The notes under the pieces were generated by a model, which made no database searches, was not told the DNA's origin, and saw only the letters and a list, made by a program, of their open reading frames with translations. 64,000 bases of DNA from a bacterium. Lineage in GTDB: Bacteria; Hinthialibacterota; Hinthialibacteria; Hinthialibacterales; Hinthialibacteraceae. The stretch spans positions 1 through 64,000 of the forward strand of contig CAXXMV010000002.1 of assembly GCA_963662285.2 (NCBI GenBank), given 5' to 3'. The number at the start of each line of letters is the position of its first letter. Positions within the stretch are counted from its first letter, which is position 1. Positions 39,570-49,059 of the stretch are shown piece after piece. The position numbers were made by a program, and so were the translations under genes.

Positions 39570-39712
39570 CCTGCGCTTTTATATGACTCAAAAATAATCC
39601 TTTTTATTTTATTTATTTAATCCTATAACAGGAAGGGAGTTAGCATTCTCCTTCACGGAAAAGAGAGAGAGTTATAAAATGATTTTTCGATCCTTTATCT
39701 GGAGAAAACGTT

Positions 39713-41014
39713 ATGGTATATCGTGCAGGCGTAATCGGTTTTGGAACAGTCGGCTCTGGCGCAGTAAAGATTCTACTATCCAATCAGCAACAAATAACTA
39801 AACGCGCAGGAACTACTATTCAGTTATCTGCAATCGCTGATCTAGATTTAGAAACCGACCGGGGCGTTGATATATCAAAGTTTAAATGCACGAATGACGG
39901 CTGGGAATTGATCAATGATCCGGAAATCGACGGCATAATCGAATTAGTCGGCGGCACGGGAATCGCCAAAGATTTCGTCATAGGAGCGTTGAAAAACGGT
40001 AAGGACGTCGTTACCGCCAACAAAGCCCTGCTAGCCGCTCACGGCAAAGAACTGTTCGAGATCGCAGCGCAAAATCAGCGTAAAATCCATTTCGAAGGCG
40101 CTGTCGGCGGCGGCATACCCATAATTCAATCTTTATACGGCGGATTGGCCTCAGCCCAAATCGTTGAAATCCATGCCATCATCAACGGAACCAGCAATTA
40201 CATCCTCACTGATATGGAAGAGAACGGAAATCCCTTCAACTCCGTCCTCAAAGAAGCGCAGGAACTTGGATACGCCGAATTAGACCCGACCTATGATATC
40301 GAAGGCATTGATGCGGCCCACAAACTTACCCTCTTGGCTTCGATCTGCTTCGGAACAGCTGTAAGCCTGGATGATGTATACACCGAAGGAATCAGCGATA
40401 TCACCGTGGAAGATATCCGCTTTGGGAAAAAATTGGGCTACCGCCTCAAATTGTTAGCTATAGCCAAAGACCTGGGTGATGAAATCGAAGTGCGCGTTCA
40501 TCCAACGTTCATACCCCGCAGCCAGAATCTTGCATCAGTCAGCGGCGTATTTAACGCCATCAATGCCTATGCCGAAGGATTAGGATCAACCATTCTGTAC
40601 GGTCGGGGCGCTGGCGACCTTCCAACTGGTCATGCCGTAATCAGTGATTTGATTGAATGCGCTCAAGACTCTATCGCCAGGCGACCGATAGATTACGATA
40701 ATTTCTTGACCGCCCATAAAAAAATTCGCCCCATGAGTGATATTATCGCGGAATATTATCTGCGTTTCGAGGTTATAGATAAACCGGGAGTACTCGCCCA
40801 CATCGCTGGCGTTCTGGGAGAATTGAATATCAGCATCCTATCTGTTCTTCAACTAAAATCAGGCTCCGAAGATCGCTGTCCGGTAGTAATAATGACTCAT
40901 GAATCCCGTGAAGGCGACATCCTTACCGCTCTCAAGAAGATTGAAGGCCTTGAAATCGTTCTTGCTCCAACCAAAATGATTCGTATTGAACAAATGGATT
41001 CCCGAAAAGCATGA
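39713..41014 (+). CDS. hom: Homoserine dehydrogenase with C-terminal ACT domain
   Basis: GFGTVGSG, VVTANKA, FEGAVGGGIP, INGTSNYIL, DIEGIDAAHK, YGRGAG, DKPGVLA. Confidence 0.96.
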   Translation: MVYRAGVIGFGTVGSGAVKILLSNQQQITKRAGTTIQLSAIADLDLETDRGVDISKFKCTNDGWELINDPEIDGIIELVGGTGIAKDFVIGALKNGKDVVTANKALLAAHGKELFEIAAQNQRKIHFEGAVGGGIPIIQSLYGGLASAQIVEIHAIINGTSNYILTDMEENGNPFNSVLKEAQELGYAELDPTYDIEGIDAAHKLTLLASICFGTAVSLDDVYTEGISDITVEDIRFGKKLGYRLKLLAIAKDLGDEIEVRVHPTFIPRSQNLASVSGVFNAINAYAEGLGSTILYGRGAGDLPTGHAVISDLIECAQDSIARRPIDYDNFLTAHKKIRPMSDIIAEYYLRFEVIDKPGVLAHIAGVLGELNISILSVLQLKSGSEDRCPVVIMTHESREGDILTALKKIEGLEIVLAPTKMIRIEQMDSRKA

Positions 41015-41057
41015 ATTAGCCATACTGAACTCAATCCGACATATATTGGATGCTGAA

Positions 41058-42281
41058 ATGAAATATATCATTGCTATTCCCGATGGCGCCACAGACCGTC
41101 TTAGCGATTATCCCAATGGCGATACTCCGCTTCAGGTTGCAGCGACTCCAACTATGGATGAATTGGCCAATTGCGGCGAGGTTGGTTGGGCCAGGAATGT
41201 TCCCAACGGCTATCCACCGGGCAGCGATGTTGCATGTTTATCCATTTTTGGATTCAATCCTGCCGAAGTATATTCCGGCCGCGCTCCACTGGAGGCGGCG
41301 AATATGGGATTAGAACTAGGCGAGCGCGTCGCATTTCGATGCAACCTGGTGACCATCGAAGACGGCAGGATGAAAGAGTTCACCGCTGGTCATATCTCCA
41401 CCGAAGAGGCCGACCAACTTATTAAATCACTCCAATCCGAATTAGGCAGTGATCAAATCTCTTTTCATACCGGAGTGCAATACCGCCATATAACCATAAC
41501 TCCTCCTGAGTGGAATAAAGTACAATGCACTCCACCGCATGATATTCTCGACCAGAATATTGCTGATCATTTACCTCAAGGCGAAGCGGGACGACAGGTT
41601 CTGGATTTAATGGAACGCTCCAAAGCCATTTTCGAGAATCATCCGGTTAATCAAAAACGCGCAGCTATGGGAAAAGCCCAAGCCACCCAGATTTGGCTAT
41701 GGGGTCAGGGAACCAAGCCTCATCTGACCACCTATCAGGAACGCTTTAACATGGAAGGCGGCGTAATCTCCGCCGTTGACCTGATCCAGGGAATCGGTCG
41801 ACTCGCCGGACTCGAAGTAATTAAAGTTGACGGGGCGACAGGCTTACCGGATACAAATTACGAAGGAAAAGCGCAAGCGGCGTTACAATTGCTCAAAAGA
41901 CTCCCTTTCGTCTTAATACATGTTGAAAGCACCGACGAAATGGGACATGCTGGAGATGAAAAACGCAAAACCCAGGCGGTTGCTGATTTCGATAAGAGAA
42001 TGTTAAAAGTTTTAGTTGATGGTCTCCGGGAAAGCGGCGAAGATTTCCGCATCTTGCTTCTACCAGATCACCCGACGCCTATTGCTCTCAGAACTCACAC
42101 CAGTGATCCGGTTCCATTTTTACTGTTCGATAGCCGTGATGACAGCAAGAAAAGTGGTTCAGGCTATTCAGAAAAAGGCATCCTCGAAAGAACCAAAAAT
42201 GTGGTTGCCGGACACCGGGTCATTGAACTTTTGTGTCAAAAAACTTATATTGCTGATGAATTAATTGAAGAATTGGATTAA
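41058..42281 (+). CDS. apgM: Cofactor-independent phosphoglycerate mutase-like protein (ApgM family; proposed homoserine kinase subgroup)
   Basis: IPDGATD, TPLQVAATP.MD, PGSDVACLSIFG, GRAPLEAA, HVESTDEMGH, PDHPTP, HTSDPVPF; lies between hom and aspartate kinase. Confidence 0.85.
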   Translation: MKYIIAIPDGATDRLSDYPNGDTPLQVAATPTMDELANCGEVGWARNVPNGYPPGSDVACLSIFGFNPAEVYSGRAPLEAANMGLELGERVAFRCNLVTIEDGRMKEFTAGHISTEEADQLIKSLQSELGSDQISFHTGVQYRHITITPPEWNKVQCTPPHDILDQNIADHLPQGEAGRQVLDLMERSKAIFENHPVNQKRAAMGKAQATQIWLWGQGTKPHLTTYQERFNMEGGVISAVDLIQGIGRLAGLEVIKVDGATGLPDTNYEGKAQAALQLLKRLPFVLIHVESTDEMGHAGDEKRKTQAVADFDKRMLKVLVDGLRESGEDFRILLLPDHPTPIALRTHTSDPVPFLLFDSRDDSKKSGSGYSEKGILERTKNVVAGHRVIELLCQKTYIADELIEELD

Positions 42282-42302
42282 CCCAATTTCGAGGTATAAA
42301 AT

Positions 42303-43535
42303 ATGTCAATAATCGTTCAGAAATTCGGCGGGACATCAGTAGCCAATCCCGAAAAGATAATTGCCGCCGCCGGAAAAGCAGTACGCGAAGCCAAAGCAGG
42401 CCACCAGGTTGTTGTTACCGTGTCTGCCATGGCGGGAGAGACGGACCGGCTTTTGAACCTGGCAAATGAAATTGACCCAGCCGGATCACCGCGTGAAAAA
42501 GACATGTTAGCTTCTACCGGCGAGCAAGTAACAATTGCATTGATGTCTATGTCAATTCAAAAGTTAGGTTATCCGGCCATCTCATTCACCGGACCGCAAA
42601 TCGATATGCGAACCGATGGAAGCTTCACCAAAGCCAAAATCCTCAGCATTGACGCCGCTAAAATCACGGATGCGCTCAATAGTGGAAAGATTGTAGTTAT
42701 CGCAGGATTTCAAGGCCAAACCGATGACAAGGAAATAACAACCCTAGGTCGCGGCGGCTCCGATACCACCGCAGTCGCTATCGCCGCTGTATTAAAAGCA
42801 GATCGATGCGATATCTATACAGATGTTGACGGAGTCTATGCCGCTGATCCCCGCATTTTCCCTAAAGCGAAGAAAATTAATGCTTTATGCTATGAAGAAA
42901 TGCTGGAAATGGCCGGAAGCGGCGCAAAGGTTCTACATACCCGCTCAGTACAGTTCGCAGCAAATTATAAGGTTCCCTTACAGGTTCGATCCAGTTTTGA
43001 TGATATCCCAGGCACAATGATCACTGAGGAGGTTCAGGAAATGGAAAAAGTTGTTGTCAGTGCAATTACTCATAACGTTAAAGAAGCCAAAGTTACATTA
43101 ACCAGGATTGCTGACAAACCTGGTACTGCGGCTACTGTATTTAAATTTCTGGCGGATAAGAACATAAACGTCGACATGATCGTACAAAACGTTGGTAAAG
43201 AAGAACTTGCCGACATTTCATTCACCATAGAAATCACCGACGTCCCCTATCTTAAGAAGGTTGAAACAGAACTGCTTGGCATCATTGACGCTCAAGAAAT
43301 TCGATATGATGAAAAAATCGCCAAAATTTCAGCTATCGGCGTTGGCATGAAAGCTCATGCTGGCGTTGCGTCAAGAATGTTTCAAACCCTTGCAGACAAA
43401 GGCATTAACATTCTGATGATAAGCACATCCGAAATAAAAATATCTTGCGTTATAGATGAGGATTACACCGAATTAGCCGTTAGATCGCTATGCGAAGAGT
43501 TTGATCTTGTTAATGATGACGTCATACAAGAATAG
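42303..43535 (+). CDS. lysC: Aspartate kinase (alpha/beta type, two ACT domains)
   Basis: VQKFGGTSV, VSAMAG.TD, TTLGRGGSDTTA, YTDVDGVY.ADPR, ISTSEIKIS. Confidence 0.96.
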   Translation: MSIIVQKFGGTSVANPEKIIAAAGKAVREAKAGHQVVVTVSAMAGETDRLLNLANEIDPAGSPREKDMLASTGEQVTIALMSMSIQKLGYPAISFTGPQIDMRTDGSFTKAKILSIDAAKITDALNSGKIVVIAGFQGQTDDKEITTLGRGGSDTTAVAIAAVLKADRCDIYTDVDGVYAADPRIFPKAKKINALCYEEMLEMAGSGAKVLHTRSVQFAANYKVPLQVRSSFDDIPGTMITEEVQEMEKVVVSAITHNVKEAKVTLTRIADKPGTAATVFKFLADKNINVDMIVQNVGKEELADISFTIEITDVPYLKKVETELLGIIDAQEIRYDEKIAKISAIGVGMKAHAGVASRMFQTLADKGINILMISTSEIKISCVIDEDYTELAVRSLCEEFDLVNDDVIQE

Positions 43536-43652
43536 TTGATTGATTGCGCCTTTTATCATAACACCCTGATAATACTTGTTTTTAAGTATATATTGAGAAT
43601 GCAATATTGTTGAAAAGCCAACATCAAGATATATCTATATAAATAAAGAAAT

Positions 43653-43699
43653 AAAAAAGGGATTCACACAAAAACTCTGCGTGTGGCTCCCTTTTTTTT
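43653..43699 (+). terminator. Intrinsic terminator after lysC
   Basis: aaaaaagggattcacac...gtgtggctccctttttttt. Confidence 0.7.
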
Positions 43700-44030
43700 A
43701 CCATGAATTATGTCCAATATATTTTGAAAAAAAATCATTCAAAAAGTAAACTCGAATTATTCTATACTCCTTCTATAATATAAGAGAGTAGACAAAAAGT
43801 TGGTAAATGACGTAACTCACGCTATATTTTTACAGAATACAATCAAAGGAGAATCATTATATAGATTGAAAAAGTGCTAGAAAGGTTCTCAAAATAACTA
43901 AATTTAATACACTTATACATCGATACGCTTTTTATCAATTAAATCCTCAATCAAACATATGTGTAATCGTTGTATTGAGTTTATATTACTAGCGATAATC
44001 AATAATTCTCCTTATAGCAAAGGAATTCGC

Positions 44031-47000
44031 ATGATCAAACAAAGAGTATTGTTTGGAATAACTTTTAGTATCCTTCTTCTGATATCAAATCCCATTTTAG
44101 CAAAAAATGATAATCTAGAGGCTAAAACATACTTTGTTGTCTTAAACGAAACATCCGTTCTGCTTCATCAACAGAATATTAGCGGAGGAGCACAGTTAAA
44201 ATCCCCCCGATTCAAAGCCAAAAGCCTTGAAGCTCAGAACTATGCGCGTTCCCTGCAAAAGAAACAGCAGACAATTGAGCAGCAAATTTACGCCATTGAC
44301 GCGAACGCAAAAGTATTACACCGCTTCAACCGACTGGTTAACGCTCTTACCATGCAAGTCGATCCGGCAAAATTAAGCCGCCTAACAGAAATCCCCGGAG
44401 TATCATATATCTCTCCGATTCGCTCCGTTAAGCTTATGCTGACTAACAGTTCCGAATTGATGAACCTTCCCATGGCATGGAATCACCCGGATTTAGACTC
44501 CAATGCCGGTCAGGGAACCTTTATTGCCATTATCGATACAGGCATCGACATTACTCATCCTGCCTTTAATCCAGCTGGTTTTGATTACCCCGAAGGCTTC
44601 CCCAAAGGCGATCCGGCATTCACCACCACAAAAGTCATAGCCGCAAGATCATTTCCACCCCTGGTTGGCAATCAGGGGGATTCATCCTTGTTCGACCGCA
44701 TGGGACATGGAACCAATGTTGCATCAATTGCGGCGGCGAATTTTAACAGCCCTTCTCCTCTTGGAAAGCTTTCCGGAGTGGCGCCACGGGCATATATTGG
44801 CAATTACAAAGTATTCACTTCCGATAATGCTGACAATGAGCAGGTCATTAGGGCGATAGAAAGCGCGGTAGAAGATGGCGCCGATATCATAAACCTCAGC
44901 CTTGGATCAGCTGTATTCGCCGATCCACATCATGATCTGATGGTCGCAGCTGTTCGAAACGCAGTTGATCTTGGAGTCGTAGTAGTCATTGCTGCAGGGA
45001 ATGACGGCGGTGAACCTTATGCCATTGGCAATCCGGCGCAGGTCGACCAGGCCATCACGGTTGGCTCAATAACAAATTCTCATTATTCCAACGGTAATCC
45101 ATCCGCGTTTGATGTTCAGATCACGGTATATGCTGATGGAGATGAAATTGTATCAAAAGCGCATGCCGTAATCGGAGGCAGCGGCGGTCCGTATACCCAA
45201 CCCATCATCGGCGAGTTTCCCTTGAAAGATATCGATTTATTAGATGGCGGAGGTTACGGTGGATTAACTAACGGATTGGTATGCGAACCTTTGAATCTTG
45301 ACCAACCATTAAACTCTTATGTTCTGGCCATGCGCGGCGAATGCAACTTCGTTGATAAAACAAATAACCTAAGCAACGCAGGCGCTATCGGAGTTATTTA
45401 TATCGATAACAAAGACAACCAATCACTTGATTGGCTCGCAGCAGAAGGAACCACCATTCCCAGTATGCTTATCGATAAAACTTCGGGCTTACTAATTAAA
45501 GACGCCATTCAATCCAGCCAAAGCGTAATTGTTAAGATTGATGGCGATCCAATCTCTGATAACAACCAGCCGCCCAACCTGCTTTCTACCTATAGCGCCG
45601 AAGGTCCCAGCGTAGGTAATATATTAAAACCAGACATTGTTACCATTGGCGAAGGCAGTTTCGCCGGGACGCAAAATGATATTGCCGTTGAAAGTGAGTT
45701 TAATGCATCAGGTTACTTCTGGTTATCTGGTACAAGCATGTCAGCGCCGCGGGTAGCTGGACTTGCCGCTATTCTACGGCAATTACACCCGGATTGGCCT
45801 CCGGCCTGGATTAAATCAGCGCTGACGCTTTCTGCAAAACAACCTGTATATAAGAAAAACAACAGTTCGCAAAAGGCTTCCGTTCTTCAACGAGGCGCTG
45901 GCGCAGTGGACGCTGAAGCGGCTCTAAACGTCGAAACTATAGTTTTTCCATCATTAATTGGATTCGGCGCCTATATGGTTGATGATTTGGCGCCCTTGCC
46001 TGGATGGATAACAATTGTAAACCCCTCAAACCAGGATTGCTCATATACCTTAACGCCATCCGATGATGCTGTCAGCCAGGGAATAAGCATTTCAACTTCC
46101 AGTTTTTCCTTATCCACAAAAGAGAAAATCGAAATCGAAATCAGTTTCAACTCTCTCGCCGGTTTGCAGGATGGAGATAATCAAGGTGAATTGGTTTTGG
46201 TTAATTCAACAACCCACGAATCTTATGAAATTCCATATTGGATACAAAAACGCACCAGCCTGGAACCATATGGCGATATTCTTCTGGTTGATGACGATAA
46301 TGGACAGTTTTTTGAAAATTATTACATGGATCGATTAGACGAAATAAACATTGATTATACCTGGTGGGATGTACAAAACCATGAAGGATATCCCACCCTG
46401 GATTATTTATCTCAATTCAAAACAGTTCTTTGGTTCCTGGCGAATAATACATTAAATTCCATTCTTGACGAGAGTACGCCCAGTTATCGCAGAATGTATA
46501 ATTCACATCTTCTTTTTGAACTGGATCTAATGCAATATCTTATCGAAGGCGGCTCCATGATTCTTTCCGGACAGGATTACTCCGATGATAAGGAGACGGC
46601 TGCTTTTACACAGGAGATTCTATCTGTTAGAACATCCGATTACGAAAATGGCGCATCTACTATCCAAGGCATAGCTAACCATCCCTTCACTGATGGATTG
46701 GGTCCATATTCCATGAGTTTTCCAGAGGGATATGAGAATTGGACTGATTTTTTAAACCCGGCCGATAACAATCGCGTTGAACGGGCCTTTATAGCCAATG
46801 GAAGCCGATCAAGAACGACTGGCGTAACAATAGATACCGACTCATATCGAGCCATATTTTTAGCCTTTCCCCTGGAAGTTTTGGATGAAGTCGCAGGAGC
46901 AACTATTCTACAAAAAGGAATTCAGTGGTTATGGGAAAAAGAGACAGAAAAATCTCCCAGCGTAACAGAAATATCACCTTCACAGATTGATATCACCCAA

Positions 47001-47264
47001 GACTCCGGACCATACGAAATAACAGTTAAAGGAAAAGGCTTTATTTTCAAACATGGATACCGCGCATTACTCGACTTTGTTCCACTAACAGATATTACAC
47101 GTCAAGATAACAACACCTTGACCGGTAATATCCCTGCTGGTATAGAATCGGGTGCGTATACTTTACATTTGGTGACTGGAGACGGACATGAGCTTCGTCT
47201 TGAGAACGCATTGACGGCATCTGACGGTTCTAGTACAAATGTATGGGATTGGGCGCTTTATTGA
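44031..47264 (+). CDS. Secreted S8 (Vpr-like) subtilase with I9 prodomain, PA domain, Ig-like domains and C-terminal extension
   Basis: Catalytic IIDTGID, GHGTNVASIAA, AAGND, SGTSMSAPRVAG; PA domain RGECNFVDK; IPT/TIG-like end; C-terminus STNVWDWALY. Start set at MIKQR with SD AGGA. Confidence 0.92.
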   Translation: MIKQRVLFGITFSILLLISNPILAKNDNLEAKTYFVVLNETSVLLHQQNISGGAQLKSPRFKAKSLEAQNYARSLQKKQQTIEQQIYAIDANAKVLHRFNRLVNALTMQVDPAKLSRLTEIPGVSYISPIRSVKLMLTNSSELMNLPMAWNHPDLDSNAGQGTFIAIIDTGIDITHPAFNPAGFDYPEGFPKGDPAFTTTKVIAARSFPPLVGNQGDSSLFDRMGHGTNVASIAAANFNSPSPLGKLSGVAPRAYIGNYKVFTSDNADNEQVIRAIESAVEDGADIINLSLGSAVFADPHHDLMVAAVRNAVDLGVVVVIAAGNDGGEPYAIGNPAQVDQAITVGSITNSHYSNGNPSAFDVQITVYADGDEIVSKAHAVIGGSGGPYTQPIIGEFPLKDIDLLDGGGYGGLTNGLVCEPLNLDQPLNSYVLAMRGECNFVDKTNNLSNAGAIGVIYIDNKDNQSLDWLAAEGTTIPSMLIDKTSGLLIKDAIQSSQSVIVKIDGDPISDNNQPPNLLSTYSAEGPSVGNILKPDIVTIGEGSFAGTQNDIAVESEFNASGYFWLSGTSMSAPRVAGLAAILRQLHPDWPPAWIKSALTLSAKQPVYKKNNSSQKASVLQRGAGAVDAEAALNVETIVFPSLIGFGAYMVDDLAPLPGWITIVNPSNQDCSYTLTPSDDAVSQGISISTSSFSLSTKEKIEIEISFNSLAGLQDGDNQGELVLVNSTTHESYEIPYWIQKRTSLEPYGDILLVDDDNGQFFENYYMDRLDEINIDYTWWDVQNHEGYPTLDYLSQFKTVLWFLANNTLNSILDESTPSYRRMYNSHLLFELDLMQYLIEGGSMILSGQDYSDDKETAAFTQEILSVRTSDYENGASTIQGIANHPFTDGLGPYSMSFPEGYENWTDFLNPADNNRVERAFIANGSRSRTTGVTIDTDSYRAIFLAFPLEVLDEVAGATILQKGIQWLWEKETEKSPSVTEISPSQIDITQDSGPYEITVKGKGFIFKHGYRALLDFVPLTDITRQDNNTLTGNIPAGIESGAYTLHLVTGDGHELRLENALTASDGSSTNVWDWALY

Positions 47265-47306
47265 TTCATTAATCCGCCCTAGAATAACCCATAGGAATTA
47301 ATATTG

Positions 47307-47343
47307 AACTAGAGAATTAACATATAATTCTCTAGTTTGTTTA
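47307..47343 (+). terminator. Hairpin/terminator after the S8 gene
   Basis: Perfect 13-bp stem aactagagaatta/taattctctagtt followed by tgttt. Confidence 0.5.
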
Positions 47344-47412
47344 TATAGCGGTTCACAAAACTATATGCGGATTGAAAACGCATAAACTCACGTAATATTG
47401 AGAATCGCTCTA
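47344..47412. repeat. MITE-like element
   Basis: tatagcggttcacaaaa ... tattgagaatcgctcta; closely similar to 50553-50632. Confidence 0.65.
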
Positions 47413-47493
47413 TACTTGTTTTCTGGATGGGTTTCCAAAACTCCTGGCTTTTGAACTCCACCTCATTTATGGATAAAGAAAGGTATTAATTTT

Positions 47494-49059
47494 GTGAGCG
47501 GTAAAATAGAACTATTCGACACAACTCTTCGCGATGGAACACAAGGGGAAGGCGTAAATCTTTCCGTAGAAGATAAAATCCGCATTGCCCAGCGTATGGA
47601 TGATTTCGGCATTGCTTTCATCGAAGGCGGATGGCCCGGATCAAATCCCAAAGATATTGAATTCTTTAATCGCGCGAAAGAGGTAACTTTCAAGCAGACG
47701 ACAATTACCGCATTCGGCAGCACTCGTCATGCGAAGAACACTGCTGAGAACGATCCTAACCTGAAAGCCATGCTGGAAGCAGAGACCAAAGCTGTGACCA
47801 TTTTCGGTAAAACCTGGGATTTACATGTTCTCAACGCCCTGCGCGTCGAATTGCAGGATAACCTCGATATGATCGAAGATTCGGTGCGTTATTTGAAAGA
47901 TAACGGACGGCATGTTATCTACGACGCAGAACATTTCTTCGATGGCTATAAAAATAATAATGAGTATGCCCTGCAAACAATCGAAGCCGCTTCCAGAGCA
48001 GGCGCAGATGTTATCGTGTTATGCGATACCAACGGCGGTTGTCTGCCTCATGAAATTACCGAGATAGTCCGCGTCGCCAAACAGAAGATCAATTGTAAAC
48101 TTGGCATTCATACTCACAACGATTCCGGCTGCGCCGACGCCAACGCATTAGCGGCTGTTAAAGAAGGCGCCACGCACGTTCAAGGAACGTTCAATGGATA
48201 CGGCGAACGCTGCGGCAACTCCGACCTATCTATCATCGTTCCCAACCTGATGCTCAAAATGGGTTATGACGTGGTTTCAGAAGAGCAATTACGCGATCTG
48301 CACAGCCTTTCGCTTTATATCAGTGAATTAGCCAATGTTCCTCCTAGAAAGAATCACCCTTTTGTCGGATTAAGCGCCTTCGCCCATAAAGGCGGCATTC
48401 ACGTCAGCGCCGTCCAACGCGACGCCCGCACTTATGAACACATCAATCCCGAACTAGTCGGAAACGTACAACGCGTACTTGTATCGGAACTTTCCGGACA
48501 ATCAAATATTTTTCATCACCTAAAATGCATGGGCATTGAATTAGACAAGACTTCCACTGTAGCGCGGGGCATTTTGGAAAAGATTAAAAACCTCGAAAAT
48601 CAAGGCTATTTCTTCGAAGCAGCTGAAGCATCTCTCGAAATACTGATTCGTAAAGAAATGGGGCAATATTCTCCATTCTTCGATCTCGTAGCCTATCGCG
48701 TTCTGGTAGACCAGCATAAAGGCAGCCTAAGATGTGAATCTACCGTTCGCGTAAAAGTGGACGACGAAACTTACTTCATGGCGGGAGATGGCGACGGCCC
48801 GGTTAATGCTTTAGACAATGCTTTACGCAAAGCCCTCGAAGCCAAATACCCCAGATTGCAGGAAGTTCATTTGAACGACTTTACTGTTCGCATCATCGAC
48901 AACGGGCGCGGCACCGCCGCCATGACCCGCGTATTGATCGAATCAAGCGACGGCAAGAACGAATGGATCACTATGGGCGTTTCTGAAAACTTAATAGAGG
49001 CTTCATGGGAAGCGTTAGTCGACAGCATAGAATACAAACTATTATTAGATGAAAAATAA
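47494..49059 (+). CDS. cimA: Citramalate synthase
   Basis: DTTLRDGTQGEG, EGGWPGSNPKD, DAEHFFDGYK, HTHNDSG, GERCGN, FAHKGGIH, GDGPVNALD regulatory domain. Confidence 0.93.
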   Translation: MSGKIELFDTTLRDGTQGEGVNLSVEDKIRIAQRMDDFGIAFIEGGWPGSNPKDIEFFNRAKEVTFKQTTITAFGSTRHAKNTAENDPNLKAMLEAETKAVTIFGKTWDLHVLNALRVELQDNLDMIEDSVRYLKDNGRHVIYDAEHFFDGYKNNNEYALQTIEAASRAGADVIVLCDTNGGCLPHEITEIVRVAKQKINCKLGIHTHNDSGCADANALAAVKEGATHVQGTFNGYGERCGNSDLSIIVPNLMLKMGYDVVSEEQLRDLHSLSLYISELANVPPRKNHPFVGLSAFAHKGGIHVSAVQRDARTYEHINPELVGNVQRVLVSELSGQSNIFHHLKCMGIELDKTSTVARGILEKIKNLENQGYFFEAAEASLEILIRKEMGQYSPFFDLVAYRVLVDQHKGSLRCESTVRVKVDDETYFMAGDGDGPVNALDNALRKALEAKYPRLQEVHLNDFTVRIIDNGRGTAAMTRVLIESSDGKNEWITMGVSENLIEASWEALVDSIEYKLLLDEK

